From Terriglobia bacterium (GTDB lineage Bacteria > Acidobacteriota > Terriglobia > 2-12-FULL-54-10), in the NCBI GenBank assembly GCA_963666975.2, contig CAXVYR010000002.1:96001-160000 (forward strand): a stretch of DNA of 64,000 nt. Reading direction: 5' to 3'. Positions 48,205 to 59,151 of the stretch are shown here, piece by piece. Under the pieces are notes generated by a model. It made no database searches and had not been told where the DNA came from. It was given only the letters and a program-made list of their open reading frames with translations. Numbering within the stretch: position 1 is the first letter of the stretch; each line of letters begins with the position of its first letter. The translations under genes were made by a program, and so were the position numbers.

Positions 48205-48831
48205 ATGATTTCCGTGGGTCTCACAGGAGGGATCGGATGCGGCAAGTCCACCGTGGCAGGAATCTTTGCCTCCTTCGGTGCTGTTTCCGTTAACTCCGAC
48301 GAAATTGGCAGAACGTTAATGCAGCCCGGCAACGTTGTATACGACCGGATCGTCAGCGGATTCGGGTCCGAGATGGTCGATGCCAGCGGCCAGTTGGACC
48401 GCGTCAAGCTAGCCGACATCGTCTTCCATAACTTGGAAAAATTAAAGCACCTGAATGCCATTGTCCACGCTCCGGTGCTCCGGGAGATTGACCGCCAAGT
48501 GCAACTGGCCCGCCGGAAAGATCCCAATGCCGTAATCCTGGTGGAGTCGGCGGTCTTGTTCGAAGCGGGACAGAACCGCCGCTTCGACAAGATGGTTGTG
48601 GTGTGGTGCAACCCCGAACAGCAAGTGGAAAGATACGTGGCCCAATCCCGCATTTCCGTTGAGGATGTCCGGCGGCGCATGGACGCTCAAATGTCCAGCG
48701 AGGAGAAAAAGCGGCTGGCCGACTTCGTCATCGACACATCCGGTTCGATGGAGGATTCCGAAAAACAGTCCAGAGAGATTTTCACCCAACTCCAGACTCT
48801 GGCCACCGCCCAAACCCGGACCGCTTACTAG
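48205..48831 (+). CDS. coaE: Dephospho-CoA kinase
   Basis: VGLTGGIGCGKSTV, LDR..LA.IVF, LN.IVH and Q...EEK...AD.VID. Confidence 0.94.
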   Translation: MISVGLTGGIGCGKSTVAGIFASFGAVSVNSDEIGRTLMQPGNVVYDRIVSGFGSEMVDASGQLDRVKLADIVFHNLEKLKHLNAIVHAPVLREIDRQVQLARRKDPNAVILVESAVLFEAGQNRRFDKMVVVWCNPEQQVERYVAQSRISVEDVRRRMDAQMSSEEKKRLADFVIDTSGSMEDSEKQSREIFTQLQTLATAQTRTAY

Positions 48832-48860
48832 CGGTTAACCCATTTTCACAGTTCGTGTAT

Positions 48861-48980
48861 AGTCCGAGCCGCGCGTGCCTGTTCCGAGTGAAGACGAGGG
48901 ATCAGCAAGCGAGTCCGCAGATTACGCAGAACGATATCTGTGAAATCTGCGCAATCTGTGGATGCGGCCGGGGCTCGGAT
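48861..48980 (+). repeat. Composite REP/MITE-like repeat with TCCGAGCC/GGCTCGGA ends
   Basis: Homologous to 38474-38572; lies between convergent coaE and SPOR genes. Confidence 0.75.
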
Positions 48981-49087
48981 GGATTGTGATGTAATCACCC
49001 TGCTAGTGGCACAAGAAATCGGTCTGGTCCCCGTTCCATCGCCGCTTTTATCTGACGCGGTTCCGGGACCCCTCCCCTGCCAACCTC

Positions 49088-49729
49088 TCACCGTTTGATA
49101 ATCGGGCGGAAACCGTCCTGTTCGAGAAGTATCCTGGTCTGCTCCGCATCTAATTCACTGCTGTACGGGCCCACCACCACGTGAAAGAGCGGGTCGGTGC
49201 TGCTAGAGGTCACCAGAACCGGAAGGTTTCTCTCCTTGAGCAGGTTGACGAGCGCTTGGGCGTCTTCGCGGCGAGTCAGCGCCGAAACCTGCACCAGGAT
49301 GCCCGGCGGAGGTTGCAGAGTAACTTCGCCTTCCTGTTCTGGGCCTTCCTGTTCGGAAGGCTGCGGCGCGCCGGCAGAAGGGTCGCTGAAGGGATCGGGA
49401 GGCAACAGCGCGGTCTGGGGTGTTTCCTCCTCGACCCTTTCGTAGAAGTTCAAATCCGTGGCCGATGCCGATGGGTCCAAGCGGTCGCCGGCTGGCCGCT
49501 GCCCCTGGTCGATGTAGGCTGGCGGCGGCATCGCGCTCGGCTTTTCTTCCTCCTCAGCCGTCGGCGGAGTTGCCTGGGCCACGGCAGTAGAGGCGGAGAA
49601 CGTGTTGCGGCCGATGATGTAGCCGAGCGAAAAAAATACTCCGCTCAGAGCAACGATCCCAAAGAAAATCAACAGCACCTGTCGATTTTCCAGGACCAAT
49701 TCCACCTGCCCATCTCGGTTTTTGCTCAT
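49088..49729 (-). CDS. SPOR-domain cell division protein
   Basis: N-terminal TM helix, Pro-rich linker and C-terminal VQV.A...A..L...L...V.VGPY. Confidence 0.85.
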   Translation of the reverse strand: MSKNRDGQVELVLENRQVLLIFFGIVALSGVFFSLGYIIGRNTFSASTAVAQATPPTAEEEEKPSAMPPPAYIDQGQRPAGDRLDPSASATDLNFYERVEEETPQTALLPPDPFSDPSAGAPQPSEQEGPEQEGEVTLQPPPGILVQVSALTRREDAQALVNLLKERNLPVLVTSSSTDPLFHVVVGPYSSELDAEQTRILLEQDGFRPIIKR

Positions 49730-49844
49730 AGCGCCTCGCTTTCACCGGGCGGCCGAACGGCCGCCATTCCCTTGACAGTCCCTGTCTTCATCCGTCTCTG
49801 CCCTCGTCGCTTCGGGGCAACCCACAGAAGGTCTATCCTTGCAT

Positions 49845-50648
49845 TCATGCCTTTTTCTCACCCTCAGAAGAACTCCCGCCGCCGCCCGATGCGTTCCCCG
49901 TAAGTCCCAGATTCGTGAAGATATCCACCGGCAAGGGAAACACAATGGTGGTGTTCTTCTCGATCCCGATCTCGGTGAGAGTTTGCAGGTAGCGCAACTG
50001 AATGGAGACGGGCTCAGCGGCCAGAATGGCGGAGGCCTCTGCGAGTTTCGTAGAAGCGGACAGCTCCCCTTCAGCGTGAATAATCTTGGCCCGTTTTTCG
50101 CGCTCCGCCTCCGCCTGTTTCGAGATGGCGCGGACCATCTGCTCGGGAATCTCCACCTGCTTGACCTCCACCTTGGAAACCTTGATTCCCCAGGGGTCCG
50201 TATGCTGGTCCAGGATGGTTTGCAGGCGGGCATTCAGTTTTTCCCGCTGGCTGAGCAGGTCATCGAACTCCACCTCGCCCAGGACGCTGCGCAGCGTGGT
50301 CTGGGCCAACTGGCTGGTGGCATAGAGGTAGTTCTCCACTTGCACCACCGCCTTATTGGGATCAATCACCCGGAAGTAGATCACTGCATTCACCTTCACG
50401 GTGACGTTGTCCCGCGTGATGGTTTCCTGCGGGGGGATATCCAGAGTGATGATCCGCAGCGAGACGCGCACGATGCGATCGATCGGCGAAAAGACCAGAA
50501 TGAGTCCCGGCCCTTTAGCCTGGGGCAACAGGCGTCCCAGCCGGAAGATCACGCCCCTTTCATATTCGGAGAGAATCTTGATGACTGAAAGCAGGTAGAT
50601 ACCGACGATCACCAGCGCGACCGTGGGCAGGGAAAGAGATAGAGGCAT
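49845..50648 (-). CDS. Stomatin/slipin (SPFH) family protein
   Basis: [21 protein letters not shown] and AEAERE.RAKII.AEGE. Confidence 0.93.
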   Translation of the reverse strand: MPLSLSLPTVALVIVGIYLLSVIKILSEYERGVIFRLGRLLPQAKGPGLILVFSPIDRIVRVSLRIITLDIPPQETITRDNVTVKVNAVIYFRVIDPNKAVVQVENYLYATSQLAQTTLRSVLGEVEFDDLLSQREKLNARLQTILDQHTDPWGIKVSKVEVKQVEIPEQMVRAISKQAEAEREKRAKIIHAEGELSASTKLAEASAILAAEPVSIQLRYLQTLTEIGIEKNTTIVFPLPVDIFTNLGLTGNASGGGGSSSEGEKKA

Positions 50649-50651
50649 ACA

Positions 50652-52028
50652 TCACACTCCTTTGGAAGCTTCTTTTTTCGGCTCGGAATTTAGCGCCGGC
50701 TCCGTTGTTCCAGGACGCGAATCAGCAACCGGCTCCACCCGCAGCGTGAGGCTGTCCACTGCTTTCACCCGCACACTGCCTCCGGCGGACACACTTCCTA
50801 GACTGACAGCGTCCCATAATTCCCCGTGGACGTAAATTTTGATGGTGCCCTCGCGCGCATCGATGCTCTCGACCCTGCCGATTTCACCAATCAGCCCGCC
50901 CTCTCCTGTAGTGACCTTGGCGTGGCGTGATTTGATCACCAGCCGCAACAGGAAAACAGTAATCAGGCCAAAAGGCAGCGCCACAGATAACGCGGTCAGC
51001 AGCGAGATGCTGATGCCGGGCATGCGCGTATTGATCAGCATCAAGGCTCCCAGAACCATGGAGAGCACCCCGCCGGCTGCCAGAATCCCGCCGGTGATGA
51101 ATTTCGCTTCCAGAACAAAAAAGGTAATCGCCAGCAGGATCAGCGCCGCGCCCGCCCAGTTGATGGGAAGCAGCGAGAGGGCAAACAGGGCCATTATCAG
51201 AGCGATGCCCCCGGCCACCCCGGGAAAGATCAAGCCGGGGTTTGAAAATTCCACGTAAAGACCCAAAATTCCCAGCGCCAGCAAAATGAAGGCAATGTTG
51301 GGGTCCAAAATGCGGGACAGGAACCTCTGCCGGAAACTGGGAGCATAGAGTTCGATCTGCGCGCCCTCCAGGTGCAGGACTTCCGTTTTTCCGTCAAAGC
51401 GGGTGACCTCGTACCCTTCGAGCTGCGCCAACAGATCCGCCCTGTCGGCGGCCACCAGCTCCACCAAGCCTCCCTCCAGGGCCTCGGCGTCGGTGAACGA
51501 CTTGCTCTCGGTGACGCCCGTCTCAGCCAGTTCGACGTTGCGGCCTCGCTTGCTGACGATGCTGCGCAGGTACGCCGCCGCATCGTTCTCCACCTTCTCC
51601 TTCATCACCTCGTCCATCTGCTGCCCGCCCATAAACACGGGATGGGCTGCTCCGGTGTTGGTCCCCGGAGCCATGGCGGCCACATCCGCCGAGAGCAGAA
51701 TGAAGAAGCCCGCCGAGGCGGCGCGGCTGCCGCTGGGGGCGACATATACGATCACCGGCACCGGACTGGAGATGATCTTCTCGATGATCCGCCGCATGGA
51801 GCTGTCGAGCCCCCCCGGCGTGCTGATCTGGAGAAGGATGGCGTCGGCTCGCTGCCGGATGGCCTGCTCCATGCCTGCCGTGATGAATTCGGCCGAGACC
51901 GGGTGAACAATTCCATCCAGCCGGATCTCCACAATCTGGGGAGCCTGCGCGCGCGCTGCTGCGCCCAGCAAAAGCAGGGCGCAGCAAACGGCTGCCGGCA
52001 CAACAAATTTCGATGCGGATAATTTCAA
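50652..52028 (-). CDS. nfeD: NfeD family membrane-bound serine protease
   Basis: TPGG, AASAG and MAPGTN.GAAHPV; C-terminal GELW.A OB fold; paired with stomatin. Confidence 0.92.
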   Translation of the reverse strand: MKLSASKFVVPAAVCCALLLLGAAARAQAPQIVEIRLDGIVHPVSAEFITAGMEQAIRQRADAILLQISTPGGLDSSMRRIIEKIISSPVPVIVYVAPSGSRAASAGFFILLSADVAAMAPGTNTGAAHPVFMGGQQMDEVMKEKVENDAAAYLRSIVSKRGRNVELAETGVTESKSFTDAEALEGGLVELVAADRADLLAQLEGYEVTRFDGKTEVLHLEGAQIELYAPSFRQRFLSRILDPNIAFILLALGILGLYVEFSNPGLIFPGVAGGIALIMALFALSLLPINWAGAALILLAITFFVLEAKFITGGILAAGGVLSMVLGALMLINTRMPGISISLLTALSVALPFGLITVFLLRLVIKSRHAKVTTGEGGLIGEIGRVESIDAREGTIKIYVHGELWDAVSLGSVSAGGSVRVKAVDSLTLRVEPVADSRPGTTEPALNSEPKKEASKGV

Positions 52029-52056
52029 ACGGTTCTCCTCCCGAACCGAAGCTTCC

Positions 52057-53670
52057 TTATCGGGAGACGCTTCTGGAATTCAGCTCCTCCATCAGGGTGG
52101 CTGCAGCCGGGCTGGCCGGCTCCAAGCGCATCGCCGCGTCCAATTGTTCTTGAGCCTCCTCTAATTCCCCTTGCTCCATATAGATTCTTGCCAGCAGCAA
52201 GTATCCCGAGGCGCTTTCCCTCTGCTCCAGCAGCCGGTTGGCGGCTTTCGAGGCTTCCTCCAATTGTCCCGCCCCCAGGTAAACGCCGGCCAGCTCCCGG
52301 TAGGCTTCTGCGTGATTCGGATCATAGTCGATCACATGCTGCAGTTCCTCGGTTGCTTCCCGGTCCGCACTCTCTTGCAAAAGCTGCTGCGCCCGCTCGA
52401 AATGCAGCGCGACGTGTTCTTCCAAAGAGAGTTTCTCGTGTTTTAATTCCGTCTGGAGCCGCACCAGCAACCGTAACTGGCGAAAGCTGGTGCCGTCAAA
52501 GTTATCCTTGGGGCGTTCCTGATTCTGGAACTGCTGGTCGCTCATCGCGGGGGAAAAGTCAGCCGATTGCTGCTCGAGAATCCTTGCCTGAGCCGCGCTC
52601 TCTTCCGCCTGACCCGTTTTTTCCAGGCATTTGATGTAGAGGACGCGCCAGGCAGGATGGTCGGCTTCTTCCAGAGCCGCCCGCAGGTGCGGGACCGCTT
52701 CCGCAAAGCTTCCTCGTTTCCAGTAGGCATATCCGAGATTGAATTGGTAATCGGGGTCCGTAGGATTGCTCTCCACCGCCTTTTCGAAATAGGAGACGGC
52801 GCCGGGAAGGTTTTGGCGCATCAGGGCAATCCCCAGATTGTTGTACACCTCGTTCAGCGGCAGTTGTTGCGCCACCGCCCGGAAGGCCGCCGAAGAACGC
52901 TCGTATTGCTCCAGATACAGGTAGGCCAGTCCGAGAAAATAGTTGGCCTCCAGGTAGTCTTCATCCCCGCGGCGCAATTTCGCCAGCCAAAGAATACTGG
53001 TCGGGTAGTCCCGGTCGTGGAAGTAGATCATTCCCAATTCAAAGGCCGGCTTGGTAAATTGCGGCTCCAGACGCTGGGCGGTTTGAAAATAGCGAATCTG
53101 TTCAGCCCGGTTATTGGCGAGCAAGCCCCGCATATAATTCTCAAAGGCCCCCAGGTTCGGTTCGCGGCCCGCCTGGAGAACATCCTCCCGGGGGAGCGCC
53201 CGGGCCGGCCTCACGAACCGCAGTATCTGCCAGGCAAGGCCCGTCTGCAACTCCATCAACTCTTCGAGCGGCGCCGACTCCGTGAACTTCCGGCTCAGGC
53301 TCGGCCCTTCCAAATCGAGCACCTGCGCGGTGGCCTGTATCAGCCCGTCGCGGGCTTCATAGCTCCCCAATATCAGCTTGTCCGCATCCAAAGCTTCGGC
53401 GACCTTATAGATCGTGGCGTAAGTTACGATGCTCGTGTGGGGGACTCCCAGGCTGTCAAACGCCGCCGCCCGCTCCCTCCGGTCGAGCATCATAAAACGA
53501 GGCGAGGCCAGCTTCGACGACAAGACCTGGGCAAAACTTTCGCCGATCCAATCCAGGTTGGAGTCTTGGGTGTGGTTCTCAAACGGCAGAACGATCCCAA
53601 CGTCAAACTGGGCAAATGCACTGAAGCTGCTGAACAAGACGGCAAGAACCGCTGCACGAAGATATTTCAT
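52057..53670 (-). CDS. Secreted TPR protein with an N-terminal TolB-N/CsgG-like domain
   Basis: Signal peptide, VLPFEN...LDWIGES and multiple TPRs. Confidence 0.8.
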   Translation of the reverse strand: MKYLRAAVLAVLFSSFSAFAQFDVGIVLPFENHTQDSNLDWIGESFAQVLSSKLASPRFMMLDRRERAAAFDSLGVPHTSIVTYATIYKVAEALDADKLILGSYEARDGLIQATAQVLDLEGPSLSRKFTESAPLEELMELQTGLAWQILRFVRPARALPREDVLQAGREPNLGAFENYMRGLLANNRAEQIRYFQTAQRLEPQFTKPAFELGMIYFHDRDYPTSILWLAKLRRGDEDYLEANYFLGLAYLYLEQYERSSAAFRAVAQQLPLNEVYNNLGIALMRQNLPGAVSYFEKAVESNPTDPDYQFNLGYAYWKRGSFAEAVPHLRAALEEADHPAWRVLYIKCLEKTGQAEESAAQARILEQQSADFSPAMSDQQFQNQERPKDNFDGTSFRQLRLLVRLQTELKHEKLSLEEHVALHFERAQQLLQESADREATEELQHVIDYDPNHAEAYRELAGVYLGAGQLEEASKAANRLLEQRESASGYLLLARIYMEQGELEEAQEQLDAAMRLEPASPAAATLMEELNSRSVSR

Positions 53671-53815
53671 TGGCTCCTCTGCCTTCTAATTATAGCAAAA
53701 GCGCAACCCGGCGTTCCCTTATCCGGCTCCTCAGAGTGTACCTCTAATCATTCAATCATTCACCCCAGAGAATACCCATTCGGAGTCTGTGTGAAAACTA
53801 CGGCGAAGGCAAATC

Positions 53816-53904
53816 AATCCGAGCCGCGCGCGAGCAAGCGGTCCCTCAGCCTTCGACAGCCTGTCCAGGTTTGGGAGACGCTCCTTGACAGTCGCGGCTC
53901 TGAT
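53816..53904. repeat. Inverted REP doublet, family A
   Basis: AATCCGAGCCGCG...AAGCGG (53816-53841) faces CGCTCC...GTCGCGGCTCTGAT (ending 53904). Confidence 0.7.
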
Positions 53905-53973
53905 GGTTTTCACACAGAGTATTCGCGACTCCTCCCCGGAGACTTCCGGGAGAGGCGAACCGAGGATGCCGGA

Positions 53974-54990
53974 CTACAACTCGCTGCTGTGCTTTTCTCT
54001 GTTGTCATACATTTGTGAATAGTACTTCTTATAGGATGGCCCCCTGGCAGATTCCACCCAGGCCGTGTTCTGGCGGTACCAGTTGAGGGTTCGTTCAAGA
54101 CCGGTCGCGAAGTCGATTTCGGGCTCCCATTGCAGCTCCCGGCGAGCCTTGCTGGCATTGAGCGCATAACGGAAGTCGTGCCCCGGCCGGTCCGCCACAA
54201 ATTGGATCAAGCTCTGCGGCTTGTCCAGCAACTGCAAGATGGTTTGCACCACCTGGAGGTTCGTTTGCCGCTGTTCGCTGCCCAGGTTGTACACCTCGCC
54301 GGGCCGGCCTCGCTGGAGGGCCAGCTCCAGGACCCGGCAATGATCTTCCACGTGCAACCACTCGCGGACCTGCTCTCCCTTGCCATATACCGGCAGCGGA
54401 CGATCCTCCAGCGCATTCGTCACCATCAGGGGAATGAGCTTTTCCGGATGCTGATAGGGCCCGTAGTTGTTGCAGGAACGGGTGAGGATTACCGGAAAGC
54501 GGTAGGTTTGAAAATAGGCGCGGGCCAGCAGGTCGCCGCCGGCCTTGCTGGCGGCATACGGGCTGTTCGGCTGCAAGGGGGAGGCTTCGGTAAACTCCCC
54601 CTCGGCTTCGAGAGCCCCATACACTTCATCGGTGCTGACGTGCAAGAAACCGGCGATGCGTTTGCGCCGCGCCGCCTCCAGAAGCCGGTGCGTTCCGAGA
54701 ACGTTGGTCTGAATAAAGATTTCCGAGGAATCAATGCTGCGGTCCACATGGGATTCCGCCGCAAAGTGAACCACCGCGTCCATTCCTTCCATCAGGTCTT
54801 CCAGGCCCGCGTCGCAGATGTCCCGGCAGACTAATTCTCCTCCCGGAGGCATTCCTTCGAGATTTGCCCTGTTCCCGGCATAGGTCAACTTGTCGAGGTT
54901 TGTGATGCGGTCTCCAGGGTGCTTCTGCAGCCAGTAGCGGATAAAGTTGGAACCAATAAAGCCCGCCCCGCCGGTTACAAGAAGTTTCAT
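53974..54990 (-). CDS. rfbB: dTDP-glucose 4,6-dehydratase
   Basis: TGGAGFIGSNF, DKLTYAGN, AAESHVDRSI, STDEVYG, YAASK and DRPGHD.RY. Confidence 0.95.
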   Translation of the reverse strand: MKLLVTGGAGFIGSNFIRYWLQKHPGDRITNLDKLTYAGNRANLEGMPPGGELVCRDICDAGLEDLMEGMDAVVHFAAESHVDRSIDSSEIFIQTNVLGTHRLLEAARRKRIAGFLHVSTDEVYGALEAEGEFTEASPLQPNSPYAASKAGGDLLARAYFQTYRFPVILTRSCNNYGPYQHPEKLIPLMVTNALEDRPLPVYGKGEQVREWLHVEDHCRVLELALQRGRPGEVYNLGSEQRQTNLQVVQTILQLLDKPQSLIQFVADRPGHDFRYALNASKARRELQWEPEIDFATGLERTLNWYRQNTAWVESARGPSYKKYYSQMYDNREKHSSEL

Positions 54991-55436
54991 TCAGCGCCTC
55001 CAGCGCCTCTAAAGAATCGGGCTTCTGCCCGCTGGCAGCCTCTCCCGTAAGTTTGCCCAACCGCCCAATGCAACCGATCCGTTTTCCCACTGGGAGATGG
55101 TTTTGCAGTTTATCATAACAAAATTGCCACTCTGGTTTCCAAAGGGCATTCCTCCGATGGGTTGCAGGGGGCCAGTAGGCAAGCGGAAAGCCTGAATAAT
55201 CGCTCCCGCCAGCCTGCCGGACCGGGCCGCATTGTTCGGTAGAGGGTTCGGCGGAGTGCCTCTCCGCCGGGCTACCTTGCTCCTGTTAGCCCTCCTCCGC
55301 AAAGATGGGCGAACACAAAAACTCTTTTGGGCGTTGACACTGATTTTGACGCTGTGTTAAAAATCATAGGCCCCTATTTACCCTGGCATGAGAAATCTTC
55401 CCCAGAAGAAGCGGAAAGGGAAACGGACGAGGTTTG

Positions 55437-56087
55437 ATGGCTGACGATCAACGCGAAGACAAGAAAGAGGAAGGCACCCCACAGCCTCCGCAGACTCCAG
55501 CCAAGCCCGCGGCGGAAACCCCTAAAGCAGAATCCAAGGCTCCAGCGCAGCCGCCGGCTCCTCCGAAGCCGCCTGCCGGACCTGCTCCCGAACCCTGGAA
55601 CTCTGAGTTGGCGGGATCGCTGCGGGAACGCTTCCCGGAGGTCTCCATAGAGGCCCTGAGCTACTTGGGACAAAACTTTCTTGTCCTGCCCCCGGAAAGC
55701 TTCCTCCCTGTGGCGGGATATCTCAAGTCGGAGTGCGGATTTGACATGCTGGCCGACCTGACCGCCGTGGACTATCCCAAAAGGGAAAAGCGGTTTGAGG
55801 TCATCTACCAGCTATATTCTTTTCCCAGAAATGAAAGGCTTCGCTTGAAAATTTCACTCGGCGAAGAAGAATCGGTGGAGAGCGCGATTCCCCTTTGGAG
55901 CACGGCAAACTGGCTGGAACGGGAAGTTTTTGACATGTTCGGAATTCGCTTTGCGAACCACCCCAACCTCAAACGCATCCTATTGCCGGAGGAGTGGCAG
56001 GGACATCCGCTGCGCAAAGACTACGGGCTGACCCAGCAGGACGTGAAGTGGGTGCAGGAAAATCTGCACATTGAGAGCGGCCAATGA
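55437..56087 (+). CDS. nuoC: NADH-quinone oxidoreductase subunit C
   Basis: ANWLEREVFDMFGI.F..HP.L.RIL and GHPLRKDY. Confidence 0.93.
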   Translation: MADDQREDKKEEGTPQPPQTPAKPAAETPKAESKAPAQPPAPPKPPAGPAPEPWNSELAGSLRERFPEVSIEALSYLGQNFLVLPPESFLPVAGYLKSECGFDMLADLTAVDYPKREKRFEVIYQLYSFPRNERLRLKISLGEEESVESAIPLWSTANWLEREVFDMFGIRFANHPNLKRILLPEEWQGHPLRKDYGLTQQDVKWVQENLHIESGQ

Positions 56088-56180
56088 GCGCGGCCTTAAT
56101 CCAAACGGGGATCGGAACAGGGATGGGAACGGGCACGGCGGTTGTGAACTCGGATACAGACGGAGCTAATATAGGTAGCG

Positions 56181-57293
56181 ATGCCGGATAAGACTTTCCT
56201 GGACGCCAACGAGATCATCATCAACATGGGGCCGCAGCATCCCTCGACCCACGGGGTGTTGCGCGTCATCCTGAAGCTCGACGGCGAGAAGGTGCTCGGC
56301 ACCGAATGTATCATCGGCTACCTGCACCGTGGCGTTGAGAAGATCGCCGAGAACCGCACCTACACCATGTTCAACCCCTACGTGGACCGCATGGATTATG
56401 TGGCCGCGGTCTCGAACGGCCTGGGCTACTGCGAAGCCGTGGAGAAGCTGCTGAACGTGGAGGCTCCTCCCCGCGCCAAATACGTGCGAACGATTCTCAC
56501 GGAACTGAACCGCATCTCCAGCCATCTGCTCTGGCTGGGAACGCACGCGCTCGACATTGGGGCGATCACTCCGCTGTTCTACACCTTCCGCGAGCGAGAA
56601 GAGGTTCTGAAAATCTTCGAGGCGTACTGCGGCGCACGGCTCACCACCCATGCCTTCCGGATCGGCGGGCTGCAATATGAGACCTATGACGGCTTCGAAG
56701 AGCAGGTGAAGGCCTTCTGCAACATTTTCCCGGCCAAGCTGGGCGAATACGAAGCCTTGCTGACCGGCAACCGCATCTGGCTCGGGCGGACAAAGGGCGT
56801 GGGAGTGCTGAAGACCGCCGAGGCCATTGAGATGGGTGTTACGGGCCCGGTGCTGCGGGCCAGCGGTTTGAAGTGGGACATCCGCAAGGCGCAGCCCTAC
56901 GCAGCGTATGAAGAATTTGATTTTGATATTCCGGTGGGGGAAAACGGCGACACCTTCGACCGGTACGTGGTCCGCATGGAAGAGATGCGCCAATCCTTGC
57001 GCATCATCGAGCAGGCGGTGGGCCGGATTCCCGAGGGCCCCGTCATGGGCAAGGTTCCCAAAATCATAAAGCCGCCTGCAGGCGAGGTGTACCACTCCAT
57101 CGAGGCGCCCAAGGGCGAGTTGGGCTATTTTGTGGTCAGCGACGGCAGCACGCAGCCCTACCGCGTTCGGATTCGCCCGCCCTCCTTCGTCAACTTGCAG
57201 GCGCTCGACCGGATGGTGCGAGGCCACTTGGTGGCGGATGTGGTGGCCATTATCGGAACGATTGATATAGTTTTGGGGGAAGTCGACCGCTAG
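56181..57293 (+). CDS. nuoD: NADH-quinone oxidoreductase subunit D
   Basis: [30 protein letters not shown] and GEVDR; no NiFe CxxC motifs. Confidence 0.95.
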   Translation: MPDKTFLDANEIIINMGPQHPSTHGVLRVILKLDGEKVLGTECIIGYLHRGVEKIAENRTYTMFNPYVDRMDYVAAVSNGLGYCEAVEKLLNVEAPPRAKYVRTILTELNRISSHLLWLGTHALDIGAITPLFYTFREREEVLKIFEAYCGARLTTHAFRIGGLQYETYDGFEEQVKAFCNIFPAKLGEYEALLTGNRIWLGRTKGVGVLKTAEAIEMGVTGPVLRASGLKWDIRKAQPYAAYEEFDFDIPVGENGDTFDRYVVRMEEMRQSLRIIEQAVGRIPEGPVMGKVPKIIKPPAGEVYHSIEAPKGELGYFVVSDGSTQPYRVRIRPPSFVNLQALDRMVRGHLVADVVAIIGTIDIVLGEVDR

Positions 57294-57416
57294 CGGCCCG
57301 ATTCCCTCCTGCAGAAAACCGTTGTGCATAGGCGGAATGAGTTGATTTTCGGCAAAGACGGCGTTTGTTCTTTGTGACTTCCTGTTTTACCCAATGGATC
57401 GAGGAGGCCCGCACAG

Positions 57417-58595
57417 TTGGCAGAGTTTCTAGCGGCGATTGAATCTTATCTGCAGCTTCCCTACGTGAAGCCGACCCTGTATATCGTCATCATTATTGCT
57501 GTGTTTCCTTTGATAGCCGGATACATCGTGCTACTGGAACGCAAGGTGATGGCCGATATCCAGGCCCGTTTGGGCCCCATGCGGGTCGGGCCTCACGGCC
57601 TGCTGCAACCGCTCGCCGATGCCGTGAAGCTGCTCCTCAAAGAAGACATTATTCCGGCCAAGGCCGACTGGCTGCTCTTCTGGGTGGCGCCCATCATCTC
57701 GGTGGTGACGGCCCTGGTGGCCTTTTCGGTGGTTCCTTTCAGCGACTGGTTTTTTATCACCGACACGAATATCGGCTTGCTCTTTATCCTGTCGATCTCC
57801 TCGGTGGGAATTCTGGGAATCATCCTGGGCGGGTGGAGCTCCAACAGCAGCTACCCGCTGCTGGGAGCGTTGCGTTCCACGGCCCAGATGGTCAGCTACG
57901 AGGTGGCGCTCGGATTTGCGATCATCGGCGGCCTGATGGTCGCCGGCACGCTCAGCATGCAAGAGATCGTTCGGGCGCAGCAAGAACAGCAGGTTTGGTT
58001 TATTTTTTACCAGCCACTGGCGTTTTTTATTTATGCGGTGGCGGCCATGGCCGAGACCAACCGCTCGCCCTTCGACCTGCCGGAGGCGGAATCGGAGATC
58101 GTTGCCGGGTATCACACCGAATACAGCGGCTTCCGGTTTTCGCTTTACTTTTTGGCGGAGTACACCAATATAGTGATCGTCTCTTCCATCGCCGTCACGC
58201 TCTTCCTGGGAGGGTGGCTGCGCCCCTTCCCCAACGTGGAATGGCTGGATTTCCTGAACTACTGCCCCGCCGTGGCGATGCTCGCCATTGCAGGCATGTC
58301 CTTTTTGGGGGCTGTGAGGGAAAAACGGTGGATGGAACAGGTGGGAATGGGCGGGCTGGGAGCCGTTTTTGCTCTTTTGGGATTATTGTTTCTCCTGCCG
58401 CCTGTGCTCGTCGCGGTTCAAGGCTTGTTCTGGTTTCTGCTGAAGGTTTTCTTGATCGTATATGGATTTATCTGGATTCGTTTTACGTTCCCGCGCTATC
58501 GCTATGACCAGCTCATGAAGCTCGGATGGTACTGGCTGATTCCCCTGGCCATCGCGAACGTGATTGTCACCGGCATCGTCATGGTGCTTTTGTAG
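57417..58595 (+). CDS. nuoH: NADH-quinone oxidoreductase subunit H
   Basis: ERK....Q.R.GP, QPLADAVKL, SYEV, AETNR.PFDLPEAESE and PRYRYDQLM. Confidence 0.95.
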   Translation: MAEFLAAIESYLQLPYVKPTLYIVIIIAVFPLIAGYIVLLERKVMADIQARLGPMRVGPHGLLQPLADAVKLLLKEDIIPAKADWLLFWVAPIISVVTALVAFSVVPFSDWFFITDTNIGLLFILSISSVGILGIILGGWSSNSSYPLLGALRSTAQMVSYEVALGFAIIGGLMVAGTLSMQEIVRAQQEQQVWFIFYQPLAFFIYAVAAMAETNRSPFDLPEAESEIVAGYHTEYSGFRFSLYFLAEYTNIVIVSSIAVTLFLGGWLRPFPNVEWLDFLNYCPAVAMLAIAGMSFLGAVREKRWMEQVGMGGLGAVFALLGLLFLLPPVLVAVQGLFWFLLKVFLIVYGFIWIRFTFPRYRYDQLMKLGWYWLIPLAIANVIVTGIVMVLL

Positions 58596-58629
58596 AGGCA
58601 GGCGCAATAATAGAGATCGGTTATCCGCA

Positions 58630-59136
58630 ATGGTTTTACACGATTTATTTTTCTATATCCTGGCCGCCATCATTCTGGGCGGCGGGATATTGACCATCAC
58701 CCGGCGGAATGCCGTCCACAGCGCCATCTTTTTGGTGATGACGCTGATCGGGGTGGCGGGATTGTTTCTGCACCTGCAGGCTGAGTTCCTGGCCGCCGTA
58801 CAGGTGTTTCTCTACATCGGGGGCATCACGGTGCTCTTCCTGTTCGTCATCATGCTGGTGAACCTGGACGAGGCCGCGAAGCAGAGACAGTTCAACCGCC
58901 AGTGGGGTCTCGCTTTGGGATGCGTGCTGCTTTTGGTGGCGGAGTTGGGATACTTTTTGTACCAAGGCAAAGATTCTTTTTCTTTTGCCGAATCTTCCGG
59001 GGCCCTGTTGCAAAACAATACGCAGGAGATCGCCATGTCCCTGTACCGCGACTATCTGCTGCCGTTTGAGATCGCTTCGCTGCTGCTGCTGGTGGCGATT
59101 GTCGGGGCAGTGGTCATGGCAAAAAAACAGATATAG
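58630..59136 (+). CDS. nuoJ: NADH-quinone oxidoreductase subunit J
   Basis: N.VHSA, AEFLA..Q...Y.G.I.VLFLFVIML and PFE..S.LLL.A..GA. Confidence 0.93.
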   Translation: MVLHDLFFYILAAIILGGGILTITRRNAVHSAIFLVMTLIGVAGLFLHLQAEFLAAVQVFLYIGGITVLFLFVIMLVNLDEAAKQRQFNRQWGLALGCVLLLVAELGYFLYQGKDSFSFAESSGALLQNNTQEIAMSLYRDYLLPFEIASLLLLVAIVGAVVMAKKQI

Positions 59137-59151
59137 ACCGGGATTCAACAG

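Noticed and set aside
56181-57293. Group 4 NiFe-hydrogenase large subunit
   Set aside because: Lacks both CxxC nickel-binding motifs; it is a NuoD
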